A model generated the notes under the pieces. It was not told the origin of the DNA, did not search any database, and worked only from the letters and a program-made list of their open reading frames with translations. Source: an uncultured Candidatus Rokubacteria bacterium (GTDB lineage: Bacteria; Methylomirabilota; Methylomirabilia; Rokubacteriales; CSP1-6). Taken from it: 64,000 bases of DNA. Position 1 is the first letter of the stretch. The number at the start of each line of letters is the position of its first letter. The position numbers and the translations under genes are program-made. The stretch lies in assembly GCA_963754315.1 (NCBI GenBank), contig CAVWFS010000019.1:128001-192000 (forward strand), in the 5' to 3' direction. Shown here piece by piece: positions 19,337 to 28,261 of this stretch.

Positions 19337-20351
19337 GGGTTCGTTCCGCGACCTACTGCGGGCGGTCAGTCGCAGCTTCTATCTGTCGCTGGCTGTCTTG
19401 CCGAAGACCTTGCGCGAACCGATCGGGCTCGCGTATCTGCTGGCGCGCGCCGCCGACACGGTGGCCGATACGCGGCTCATCCCGCGCCCGGAGCGGCTAC
19501 GTCACCTCGAGACCTTGAAGCACGCCTTTGCCGGTACGCTCGTCGACACGCGGCCCGTCGCTGCCGCCTGCGCACCCGGCCAAGCGCAGGCGGCCGAGCG
19601 TCGCCTCCTCGAGCGTCTCGGCGAGATCTTGGCCCGATTGGACGCCCTCGAGGATGCGGATCGCCACAAAGTACGCGACGTGCTCGCCACCATCACGCGA
19701 GGGCAGATCGCCGATCTGGAGCGATTCCCGGGAGAGGACGTGGCCGGCCTGACCGCGCTGCCCACGCGTGCCGCGCTCGACACATACACGTACCTGGTGG
19801 CCGGTTGTGTGGGAGAGTTCTGGACCGTCCTGCACATCGCCCATCGGCGAGCCCTCGCCAACTGGGACCCCCGGCCTATGAGCGCCAAGGGCGTACGTTT
19901 CGGCAAAGCCCTTCAGCTCACGAACATTTTGCGCGATGTCCCGAGCGATCTGAGAAGCGGCCGCTGCTATCTTCCTCAAGACGAGCTGACGGCGCTCGGT
20001 CTCACCCCTTACGACCTCCTCGACCCATCGCGCACACCAGCGGCGCGACCGCTACTCAGAGCCCTCCTGGCCGACGCGCTGGAACATTACGATGCCGCCT
20101 GGCACTACACCCTGGCCATTCCACGGCGTGAGTGGCGCATGCGCCTGGCCTGCATCTGGCCGCTCCTGATCGGGCTGGCCACCCTGGCCGCGCTCGCCCG
20201 GAACCCCGATCCCCTCGTGTCACGCGGTCCCATCAAGATCCCCCGGGGCGAGCTTCGCCGGCTTCTCGCGCGGTCGGCCTTCACCGTATGGTCGAATCGG
20301 GCATTGTCCGCCGACGCGGCGCGGCTGCGCGCCCGTGTCCGCTTGTCGTAG
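19323..20351 (+). CDS. Squalene/phytoene synthase family protein (squalene-synthase-like; start uncertain)
   Basis: LLRAVSRSFYLSL, YLLARAADTVAD, YTYLVAGCVGEFW, LQLTNILRD...DLRSGRCYLP. Confidence 0.85.
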   Translation, partial: TTTTEGSFRDLLRAVSRSFYLSLAVLPKTLREPIGLAYLLARAADTVADTRLIPRPERLRHLETLKHAFAGTLVDTRPVAAACAPGQAQAAERRLLERLGEILARLDALEDADRHKVRDVLATITRGQIADLERFPGEDVAGLTALPTRAALDTYTYLVAGCVGEFWTVLHIAHRRALANWDPRPMSAKGVRFGKALQLTNILRDVPSDLRSGRCYLPQDELTALGLTPYDLLDPSRTPAARPLLRALLADALEHYDAAWHYTLAIPRREWRMRLACIWPLLIGLATLAALARNPDPLVSRGPIKIPRGELRRLLARSAFTVWSNRALSADAARLRARVRLS

Positions 20352-20371
20352 CGAGCCGGGCGCCTCTAAGG

Positions 20372-21289
20372 TCAATCCAGATCGAGGGCGAGCAGGGTCG
20401 CCGGGTCGACCCGCGCTGCCCCCACGTGGACACCGAAGTGCAAGTGGGGACCGGTCGCACGGCCGGTGGCGCCGACGGTGCCGATGCCTTGGCCGCGCTC
20501 CACCATCTGCCCTTCGGCGACGCTCACCTTGTCGAGGTGAAAGTAGAGAGTATGCAGGCCCAAGCCGTGGTCGATGATGACAAGCCGACCGGGAAAGAAG
20601 AACTCGGCGACGAGGGCGATTCGCCCGGCATTGGCGGCGAAGACGGGCGCGCCCGTCGGCGCCGCATAGTCCACGCCGGTGTGAGGGGCTCGGGGCTGGC
20701 CGTTAATGACGCGCCGCGCTCCAAAACCGGTTCCCGGCTCATCGCCACTCACCGGCTTGACGAAACGGCCCCGCCAGAGACGCTCGGGCGTGAGCGTGCG
20801 ATAGACGGCCCTCAGGCGCTCGGTTTCCGAGCTCGCCCGGCGCTCCGTCTCAGGGTCCAGATCAACCATTCCGGACGGGAGGGTGAGGCGTTGGACATGG
20901 AAACTGCGGGCAGCCACGGTGAGCTGTCCTGCGATCCGCTGGGGCGGGCCTTCCCCGTCTCGGATCTCCAGCTGCCAGTTCCGTGGACCCGCCGGCATGT
21001 CGACATCGAGACCGATGACGGCAGCATGCCGATACCAGCCTGGATCGGGATCTCGATTTGCCGCGCCTGCAGGCGGGAAGAAGGCGAGCGGAACTCCCCC
21101 GAGCGTCCCGGTGACCATGGAGCGGGGGTGCGTCGTGATCACTTCGAAGACCACGACGTCTCCCACCCTCGGGGTGGACGGGTGCCACTCGATACGAGGG
21201 GATGAGGTCACCGATGTTGGGAACCACACGCAGAACAAAGCGAGACAGGGGGCAAGGCGATACGCGACGCCCCGGAAGGGGGCAGTCAC
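20372..21289 (-). CDS. M23 family metallopeptidase
   Basis: HTGVD, HxH motif TGPHLHFG, IIDHGLG, YFHL; signal-like N-terminus. Confidence 0.9.
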   Translation of the reverse strand: MTAPFRGVAYRLAPCLALFCVWFPTSVTSSPRIEWHPSTPRVGDVVVFEVITTHPRSMVTGTLGGVPLAFFPPAGAANRDPDPGWYRHAAVIGLDVDMPAGPRNWQLEIRDGEGPPQRIAGQLTVAARSFHVQRLTLPSGMVDLDPETERRASSETERLRAVYRTLTPERLWRGRFVKPVSGDEPGTGFGARRVINGQPRAPHTGVDYAAPTGAPVFAANAGRIALVAEFFFPGRLVIIDHGLGLHTLYFHLDKVSVAEGQMVERGQGIGTVGATGRATGPHLHFGVHVGAARVDPATLLALDLD

Positions 21290-22173
21290 TCGGGACGTTG
21301 GCGACGCAGAAACTGCTCGATCTCCTCCACCAGCTCGGAAGCGGGCGGCAGATCGCTCGCCGCCGCCGGGGGTGGCTCTTCCTCCTCACGTTCCTTAGCC
21401 TCGAGCTTCTTGATATAGGCAGCGATCTTGGCGTTCTGGGCCACGATCTCCGTCAGGTTTTGGTCGAACTGGCGGGAGGCTTCCTGTAGCTCGCTGAGAT
21501 CGGCGGTGGTGTCCAGCAGACCGAGCACGCGGCGCACGAGAGCCAGCGCCGCCTTGGGGTTCTCGATCCCGGAAATGTAGTGGGGCACGTTGGCCCACAG
21601 ACTCGCGGTGGCCAGTCCCTGGTCGCGGCAGGCCGAGTTGAGAACACCTACGATTCCGGTCGGTCCCTCGTAACGGGTCGGGCGCGTACCCAGCCGCGCG
21701 GCCAGCTCAGGATCGGACGCGCCTCCCGAAAGACGTACCGGGCGGGTGTGCGACACCTCGGCAAGGAGAGCTCCGAGGGTCAAGACCAGCCCAACCTCGC
21801 AGCGTCGGGCGAGCTCCATGACGCTCGCGCAGTAGGTCCTCCACTTGAGATGAGGTTCGGCCGCCACGCCCACGATGACATCGCGCGCCAGTCCCGTTGA
21901 CTGGGTGATGGAGAATTCCGTGCTCGGCCAGATGATCTCGCGCTCGGTCGGCGCGTCGGGCTTGAAGCGAACGTGGGGCCGGGTCAACCCGAAGTGGTAG
22001 AACTCCTCCGGTTCGATCTCCGCGAACTTTTCCGCCCGTAAGGCAGTGGCGAGATACCGCGCCGCCGTAGTGGCCGACTCCGCGGCATCGTTCCAGCCGC
22101 TGAAGGCTAGGATCATGAGTGGGCGGCGTAGCCCACTTGGCATCGCGTGGACGGTCAGATCTGCCACGGCCAA
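21286..22173 (-). CDS. PAC2 family (proteasome assembly chaperone-like) protein
   Basis: AFSGWNDAAESA, EPHLKW, HTRP, YEGPTGIVG, LWANVPHY, NPKAALAL, EIEQFLR. Confidence 0.88.
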   Translation of the reverse strand: MAVADLTVHAMPSGLRRPLMILAFSGWNDAAESATTAARYLATALRAEKFAEIEPEEFYHFGLTRPHVRFKPDAPTEREIIWPSTEFSITQSTGLARDVIVGVAAEPHLKWRTYCASVMELARRCEVGLVLTLGALLAEVSHTRPVRLSGGASDPELAARLGTRPTRYEGPTGIVGVLNSACRDQGLATASLWANVPHYISGIENPKAALALVRRVLGLLDTTADLSELQEASRQFDQNLTEIVAQNAKIAAYIKKLEAKEREEEEPPPAAASDLPPASELVEEIEQFLRRQRPE

Positions 22174-22328
22174 CTGTCCATGATTTCAAGAACATCCACG
22201 ACGCATCCGCGCCGTTGACCCGGAGAGTCCAGCCCGCGGACCGCTTCGTGCATCTCGTCAGATGGTGGGTTCTCGCGTCGCATGCTCTCTCCCCGACCGA
22301 CGCCTGGAGTCTAGCATAGAGCGGACTG

Positions 22329-22358
22329 TTGACCTGCGACCGATGAAACCGCTAGCAT
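22329..22358 (+). promoter_or_regulatory. Putative sigma70 promoter for the lipoprotein gene
   Basis: TTGACC-N18-TAGCAT, 37 nt upstream of ATG 22396. Confidence 0.45.
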
Positions 22359-22395
22359 AGGGCTGGAGCTCACTACCTCGGGAGGGTGCCAGGCA

Positions 22396-22653
22396 ATGCG
22401 AATCAAGGGTCTGCGGCTGCTGCTCGTGGGGGGAGTGCTGGTAGCGGCGACGGGCTGCGCGACGGGGGAAGAGTGGCAGATCTGGCGATCCAATGGCGCG
22501 CACTTCGCCTCGGGTGATCACATGTTCTTCTCGCTCCGCAATCAACATGGAGCGAAGCCGACTGTGACGCGCAAGGACATCACGTTGGCACGTGACCAGG
22601 GCTGGTGGGGCAAGCCGATCACCGTTAACCAAGATCAGATCCTTGAGAGGTAA
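22396..22653 (+). CDS. Small hypothetical lipoprotein
   Basis: Signal peptide with lipobox ATGC; RBS GGAGG; HFASGDH motif. Confidence 0.7.
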   Translation: MRIKGLRLLLVGGVLVAATGCATGEEWQIWRSNGAHFASGDHMFFSLRNQHGAKPTVTRKDITLARDQGWWGKPITVNQDQILER

Positions 22654-23353
22654 CCGGCTGCGCGGCGCCCTCGCCGCGCTTGCCATTGTCCTCGGCATCC
22701 TGGTCGGGCTGGATGGTGGTACCTTTGCCGCTCCGGCAGAGGACCGCATCCTCCCGGTCTCGGGATACACAACCGAGAAGGGGCGCGCGCTCGCCAAGGC
22801 GCATGCCGCCGCGCTCGGCGAGATGAATACCTACATCTACCACTGCGTCCCCTGGGTGGAAACGCTGAAGGAGAGCATCGGCTTTTTTAAACCGAAGCAT
22901 CTGACCGAAGACGATCGCTATCTCTCCATTCGGATCTTCATAGAGCAGGACCCTTCGTCGGCGTTCGCCGCCCTCGACCAGAACAATCGGGCGGCCGCAA
23001 TGTTCTCTCGCTACGTAGGCTTCCTGCTACGGCAGATGACGAAGAGCCCCGATATCTTGGCTGACCCGGCCGTGGGTGGGTTCATCACGATCCTGGAATG
23101 GCGCAAGCAGGAGGCTGGAGCGCAGGGTCGGCCTGTCCACGAGACCATTGCCGTCTATGTCCCCAAGCCCTTGGCCCAAGACTACCTCACCGGGAAAATC
23201 CCGATCGAGACGTTGGCGCAGCGTGCACTCATCATGGGCTGGGACGGTGAACGCGCCTTGGGACAGCTCAATCTTCCCGCCTGGGAGGACAATTTCGTCA
23301 CCACCTACAAGCTCCCCAACTACAAACTCGACCCGGCCGCCAAGTGTAGCTAA
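22643..23353 (+). CDS. Hypothetical exported protein (start TTG 22643 inferred)
   Basis: Hydrophobic signal ending TFA-AP; long ORF with coding-like codon usage. Confidence 0.65.
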   Translation: MRGNRLRGALAALAIVLGILVGLDGGTFAAPAEDRILPVSGYTTEKGRALAKAHAAALGEMNTYIYHCVPWVETLKESIGFFKPKHLTEDDRYLSIRIFIEQDPSSAFAALDQNNRAAAMFSRYVGFLLRQMTKSPDILADPAVGGFITILEWRKQEAGAQGRPVHETIAVYVPKPLAQDYLTGKIPIETLAQRALIMGWDGERALGQLNLPAWEDNFVTTYKLPNYKLDPAAKCS

Positions 23354-23363
23354 AGGCAGGAAC

Positions 23364-24230
23364 TCAGCTGGATCGCGAGGTCGCCTCGAGGGCGGCTCGT
23401 AGCGCTCGAGCCACCTCGATGACGGCTTGCGCTGCGGGTCGGTTCGGGGAGTCACTCAGGAACGACTGTCCCCGGTCGGCCGCCTGGGCCAGGAGCGGAT
23501 CGAACGGGACACGGCCGCAGAAAGGCACGTCGCTCTCACGAGCCATGACTGCCACGTCCGGCCCGTGGAACAGACCCGCCATGTTCTCGACCAGCCCGAG
23601 AATCCGTGCTCCCGCCTGATGAACGGCTGTGATCGATCGCTTGACGACAAGTTGCGCGAGATCAGACGGGATGGTGACGATCACCGCCCCACTGAGTCGC
23701 GGGACGAGCGCGAGCACGGTCGCCAAACGGTCCGTACCGGGCGGGAGGTCCACCACGAGGAGGTCGAGCTCCCCCCAGTCGGTATCGGCCAGGAATTCTC
23801 GTAGCGCATTGGCTTCGGTGGTGGCGCGCCACGTATGCGTTTCTTGCTGGGTGGGCGCCTCCCAGGTGAGTGGGACCACATCAGAGGGCAATAGCAGGTC
23901 CATCGACATTACCTTGATGCCCAGCGCGCTTCGAGGTGGGACCACCGCGCCGCCCGTCAACACCAGCTTGGCGCCCCTGACGCCGAGAATCTTGGCCATC
24001 GAAGGGCCGTTGAGATCCGCATCGAGGACACCCACCTGCCACCCGTCGAGCGCGAAGCATTCGGCGAGCAGGCCGCTCAGTGACGACTTGCCGACCCCGC
24101 CCTTCCCGGAGAGTACCGCCATGATGTAACGGACACGATCCAGCCGTCGACCAAGGCGCGCCCGCTGCGCCTGTACCTGACCGACGATGTTCGACCCACC
24201 GTCACCGGCAATGTCCCTGTATCGTTTCAT
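23364..24230 (-). CDS. Mrp/NBP35 (ApbC-like) P-loop ATPase lacking the C-terminal CxxC
   Basis: SGKGGVGKSS, DADLNGPS, WGELDLLVVDLPPGT, GLVENM followed directly by AGLFHG. Confidence 0.85.
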   Translation of the reverse strand: MKRYRDIAGDGGSNIVGQVQAQRARLGRRLDRVRYIMAVLSGKGGVGKSSLSGLLAECFALDGWQVGVLDADLNGPSMAKILGVRGAKLVLTGGAVVPPRSALGIKVMSMDLLLPSDVVPLTWEAPTQQETHTWRATTEANALREFLADTDWGELDLLVVDLPPGTDRLATVLALVPRLSGAVIVTIPSDLAQLVVKRSITAVHQAGARILGLVENMAGLFHGPDVAVMARESDVPFCGRVPFDPLLAQAADRGQSFLSDSPNRPAAQAVIEVARALRAALEATSRSS

Positions 24231-24235
24231 TCGTG

Positions 24236-24262
24236 ATGGGGGGCCCCGAAATGGCCCCCCAT
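24236..24262. repeat. G6/C6 palindrome (REP-like)
   Basis: ATGGGGGGCC-CCGAAAT-GGCCCCCCAT. Confidence 0.75.
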
Positions 24263-24265
24263 TCC

Positions 24266-24455
24266 CCCCTGCCTTCGGGGAACTCGGGCAAAGCCCGAGC
24301 CCCCCTCTACCCTTCGCCCCCCTGCCTTCGGGGAACTCGGGCAAAGCCCGAGCCCCCTCCTACCCTCGCCCCGTGCCTTCGGGACTCGGGCAATGCCCGA
24401 GTCCCTCCTCTTGTACCGCTTCGCCTCCCGTGCCCTCGCCCTGGGAAACCCGGGG
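24266..24455. repeat. Tandem ~53 bp repeats, each carrying a CTCGGGC-AA(A/T)-GCCCGAG hairpin
   Basis: CC(C/G)TGCCTTCGGG...ACTCGGGCAA(A/T)GCCCGAG...CCC at about 24266, 24319 and 24371, with a degenerate fourth copy near 24427. Confidence 0.85.
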
Positions 24456-24479
24456 ACCTCTCTAGCGTACCTGGCTGGC

Positions 24480-24917
24480 CTAGTGTCGGGGTTGATCTCG
24501 GTGCCAGGCGGCGCGTGTTACGAAGATGAGAGCCAACAAGGTCACCATAAGGAACACGATCGCCCCCGGGCGGAAGGTGACCTCGCCTCCCCACGGCGCA
24601 GCCACGCTGCCTCCACCGCGGACGGCGCTCCTGGCCACCGCCCACACCCGCAGTGCGAGGAAGAGAGCCAGCAGCCAGGCGAAGGAGCGACGCGAAACCC
24701 AGCCTCCAAGCCGGGACCACGGTCGCCAGAGGAGCAGCGGGATCACCACGAGCGGCACCAGTCCCATGAGACCCCAGGCCACGACACTCGAGCCGGTGTT
24801 CCCCCCGCGACCGCCTGCCACACCTACACCTTGCGAGACCAGATAGAGCCCGCCTACCCAGTAGACCAGGCCGTAGACGAGATAGGCGATGGCGGCAGCG
24901 CGAAAGTGATCGCTCAC
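24480..24917 (-). CDS. Hypothetical membrane protein (about 4 TM)
   Basis: GTG start with GGAGG RBS; four hydrophobic segments. Confidence 0.7.
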   Translation of the reverse strand: MSDHFRAAAIAYLVYGLVYWVGGLYLVSQGVGVAGGRGGNTGSSVVAWGLMGLVPLVVIPLLLWRPWSRLGGWVSRRSFAWLLALFLALRVWAVARSAVRGGGSVAAPWGGEVTFRPGAIVFLMVTLLALIFVTRAAWHRDQPRH

Positions 24918-24930
24918 TGGCCTCCGCCGC

Positions 24931-26310
24931 TCATCCCGAAGACCGGAAGCGACCTCCCCACTGTGCTCGTACTTCCGCAAGGAGATCTTTCGTGACGACG
25001 GGGTGCCCGTGCCGACGGGCGTAGGCCTCGACCCCTTTGACCACCATGCCGCGCGCGAAGGACGGGATCGCCTCGAGGCGTTCGCGCGCCCCGTCCTCCC
25101 AGGTTAATTCGTAGTTCACGCGCAAGCCAAAGGTCAAGGTCTCGGGAAGCTCGATCACCTGTCCGCCATGGGCGCCCGGCTGATAAGCGCAGGCGGGATC
25201 CTCAGCCAGGTAGTCACCATAGGTAGCGTAGGCTCGACACCGGCAACCTCCGCAAATCTTGGAGAACTCGCACGCACCACAGCGCCCCCCCAGTCTTGGA
25301 TCACGGAGGTCACCGAAGACACCCGCTCCGTGCCAAAGATCGCCGAAGGACGAGCTTCTCAGACTCCCCGCGGAGACCGGCATGTAGGGGCACGGAGTGA
25401 CGTCACCGTGCGGCGTGATCCGGCAGTAGTACTTGCCCGCCGGGCACGAGCCGTGGGCGTAGTTCCCCAGCAGGGGGGACGTTGGATTGAGCTGCCAGAG
25501 AATCCGCCGGAAGTGGGGAGCGCACTTGGCCCGGATCAGAAGCCCATCGGCCTGGGCTACCGGCGTTGACCAGGGATCCTCGAATGGCGACACCTCCCCC
25601 GGAGCGGGGCCACCGCCGAGCAGCCGCTGGACGAACGAGGGGCGTCCGCTGCCCACCCCTTGCTGCTCGGCGAGGTACGTCAAGATGCGCTCGTAGGCCA
25701 CCGCGTCGATATCGGTGAGGGCCTGCCCCCGCCCGGTGCGGACCAGGAAGAAGAAGTTCAGGACCTTGGCCCCGAGCTTTCTGGCGAGTTCGATCATGGC
25801 AGGGATCTCGCCCACGTTCCAGTCGGTCACCGACATGTGCAGCGAGAAGTCGAGGCCGGCATCGGTCAGCACACGGGCGGCGCGCACGGCGCCGGCCCAG
25901 GCGCCGGGCAGGCGACGAAACGCATCGTGCCGGGTGCGATCCGTGGAGTCGAGGCTGATGGACGCGCCGAGTACGCCGTGCCGGCGCATCTGGGCTGCCT
26001 CCCGCTCACGCAGCAGCACCCCGTTGGTCCCGAGCACGGTGGTGAAGCGCTTTTCGGCGGCGTAGCCCGCGATCTCGAAGAGGTCTCGCCGCAGGAGCGG
26101 TTCGCCGCCGGTCAGGATCAAGAACACGTTGGGATTGACGGTGGCGATCTCGTCGATGACCCGCCGGCACTCGGCCGTGGTCAGCTCCCCATGCGGATCG
26201 GCACCCGCGGATGCCGACATGTAACAGTGCGCGCATTCCAGATTGCACCGTTGGGTCAGATTCCACGACACCGAGTACGCCGTATATCCCGCCGCCGGTG
26301 TCTGCGACAC
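24931..26310 (-). CDS. Radical SAM/SPASM protein (AhbC/AhbD/NirJ-like) with a C-terminal PCP_red-like domain
   Basis: CNLECAHC; LTGGEPLLR; CAPHF; CPAG...PCPYM...CGACEFSKICGGCRCRAYA...DPAC; tail LTWEDGARERLEAIPSFARGMVVKGVEAYAR. Confidence 0.85.
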   Translation of the reverse strand: MSQTPAAGYTAYSVSWNLTQRCNLECAHCYMSASAGADPHGELTTAECRRVIDEIATVNPNVFLILTGGEPLLRRDLFEIAGYAAEKRFTTVLGTNGVLLREREAAQMRRHGVLGASISLDSTDRTRHDAFRRLPGAWAGAVRAARVLTDAGLDFSLHMSVTDWNVGEIPAMIELARKLGAKVLNFFFLVRTGRGQALTDIDAVAYERILTYLAEQQGVGSGRPSFVQRLLGGGPAPGEVSPFEDPWSTPVAQADGLLIRAKCAPHFRRILWQLNPTSPLLGNYAHGSCPAGKYYCRITPHGDVTPCPYMPVSAGSLRSSSFGDLWHGAGVFGDLRDPRLGGRCGACEFSKICGGCRCRAYATYGDYLAEDPACAYQPGAHGGQVIELPETLTFGLRVNYELTWEDGARERLEAIPSFARGMVVKGVEAYARRHGHPVVTKDLLAEVRAQWGGRFRSSG

Positions 26311-26333
26311 CGCTCCTACCTCGCTACCACCCG

Positions 26334-28235
26334 CTAGCGCGGCTTCTTGCTCGAGATATAGCCAGAAATGACCTCGTTCATCGTCTCGCGCGCGTGCCCA
26401 ATCCCATCCTCGCACACGGCCAGATCGATGACGGTGACTCCCCTGCCCGTGGCCACCCGTTCGACTTCCTCACGGGTCATGTCGCGCATGAATCCGGCCG
26501 GCACCCGATTGAGACGCGCGGTCGCCTCCTCCGTCCACGTGAACCCCGAACCGTTCGCTGCGGACGAGGGCGACGGCGCTGCCTCAAACGTGGTCTTGGC
26601 CAGCAGTGTGTCCCAACCTGCTCCCAGCTTCTCGCGTCCCACTGCATCCTCGATGATGGGCAGGGCGAGTTGACAGGTGATGACGGGAATTCGCTTGGAC
26701 CGTGCATACTTCTCGACACGGGCCTTGGCCCGGCGCCGCAGGTACGCGTCCGTCACCTCGCGCAGGGCGTCGCGGGCCTCGGCCGACCACTTCACGCTGA
26801 CGCCGGGCATCGACTCTTCCTCGGCGATGCCGCCCTCCTGGATCGCGATCGCCTCCACCACCTCCCTCGAGATCAACTGGAACTTGGCGGGCTCGGCGCC
26901 GCAGACGGGGCAGGTCACCACCGCCCGCGGACCCTTGACGGTGTACCCGCACACGGAACAGATCGCGGTGGCGGCTTGCTCTTCCGCCCGCAATTTGGCC
27001 ACCGCCAGATCCTCCGCGAGAATCTGCATGCGCTCCGCCATGCGGGTGGGCATGAAGATGGCCATCGCTTCGTCGATGACCTTGTTGGTGATCACCGTGT
27101 GCCCCTGTTCGACCGCATAGCGCAAGAGCGCGGTACGGGCGACCCCTGCCACTTGAGGCGGCACCCGCTCCATCCGCTTCTCGGCTTCCTCCGTCCAGGA
27201 GATGATCTCCTCGGCCTTCACGTCGAGGGGAGGGTAGAAGCGTCCAGCCGTCAACAGCACGTTGCACGGAGCCAGACGAAGAAGATTCTCGGTGTTGGAT
27301 CCGAGGTCGACCTCATGCTCGTCGGAGTGCACGCCGACCCGCCCGAGGATCAGGAGCCATGGCTGTTCCTTGCGGGCGAAGGTGAGGACCTTCTCGTAGC
27401 ACTTCCCGTCGAGCAAGGTGATGGCGAGGTCGACACCGTCCTCGGCGGCCAGCTTGCGCCCGATCTCCAGGTGTGACTGATAGATCTTGGCCAAGCCAGT
27501 GTCGATGATCTCCTCGTGCAGCTGCTCTTGCTCCTTGAAGCGGAAGATCTTCGAGGCCTTCTCGTTCAGGACCCCCACGATTCCGTTGAACATGGCGTAG
27601 TGCAGGTAGGGATCGTACACGGCCACCGCCTGGAGGGGACGCCGCAGAGCCTTGGCCAGCCCGATACCCAGCTTGAGACCGTGGAAGGACTGAGGTGAGC
27701 CGTCGACCCCCACCACGATGGCGCCCTGCCCGTCCGGGAGCGGCGCTGCGCTGCGCACGACGAGGGTGTCCGTGGTGACCTTGCGCACGAAGCGCTCCGT
27801 CACCGAGCCCAGTTGGCTGTCTTTCACGGCGCCCATGCCGAGGGCGCCCATCACCACCAGATCGTAGTCGGAAGCCCGACAGTCTTCGATGAGGGCCTTG
27901 TAGTGCTTGCCGTCCATCATCTTGCGCTGGTAGGGCAAGCCCGCCGCCTCCGCCTGACGACCCATGACATCGAGGTAGGAGTCCGAGATGAGCTGCAATC
28001 CCATGGCGATGAGGGAATCGTGGATCTTGCGTTGTCGTTCCAGCTCGTTCTCGTCCTTGTACTCCTCGGGCAGGGTGTACTCCATCTGCTTGAAGCGGTA
28101 GTCGTGCAGACGCGCCGCGTACACGTGACACCCGGTCAATCTCGACCCGAAGGCCCGGCCGATCTCCACCGCCAGCTCCACCGCGCGGTTCGAGTAGTCC
28201 GAATTGTCAACGGGCACGTAGATGTGCTTGAACAT
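26334..28235 (-). CDS. Tandem universal stress protein domains + three PCP_red-like domains + rubredoxin-like CxxC/CxxC domain
   Basis: MFKHIYVPVDNS and IVVGVDGSPQS USP starts; LGSVTERF and LGSNTENL; W(T/S)xEA repeats x3; CSVCGY...CPVCG. Confidence 0.85.
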   Translation of the reverse strand: MFKHIYVPVDNSDYSNRAVELAVEIGRAFGSRLTGCHVYAARLHDYRFKQMEYTLPEEYKDENELERQRKIHDSLIAMGLQLISDSYLDVMGRQAEAAGLPYQRKMMDGKHYKALIEDCRASDYDLVVMGALGMGAVKDSQLGSVTERFVRKVTTDTLVVRSAAPLPDGQGAIVVGVDGSPQSFHGLKLGIGLAKALRRPLQAVAVYDPYLHYAMFNGIVGVLNEKASKIFRFKEQEQLHEEIIDTGLAKIYQSHLEIGRKLAAEDGVDLAITLLDGKCYEKVLTFARKEQPWLLILGRVGVHSDEHEVDLGSNTENLLRLAPCNVLLTAGRFYPPLDVKAEEIISWTEEAEKRMERVPPQVAGVARTALLRYAVEQGHTVITNKVIDEAMAIFMPTRMAERMQILAEDLAVAKLRAEEQAATAICSVCGYTVKGPRAVVTCPVCGAEPAKFQLISREVVEAIAIQEGGIAEEESMPGVSVKWSAEARDALREVTDAYLRRRAKARVEKYARSKRIPVITCQLALPIIEDAVGREKLGAGWDTLLAKTTFEAAPSPSSAANGSGFTWTEEATARLNRVPAGFMRDMTREEVERVATGRGVTVIDLAVCEDGIGHARETMNEVISGYISSKKPR

Positions 28236-28261
28236 TCACTCCTCCCTCGCGAAGCGAATCG

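Noticed and set aside
24266..24455. Possible CRISPR array or N-terminal extension of Mrp (ORF track start 24344)
   Set aside because: The inter-hairpin segments are similar to each other and short. The translated extension is low-complexity repeat read-through, and ATG 24230 fits better.
24931..28235. Evidence of (bacterio)chlorophyll synthesis from PCP_red domains
   Set aside because: Only the small accessory domain is present; there are no BchL/N/B catalytic domains or photosynthesis genes.
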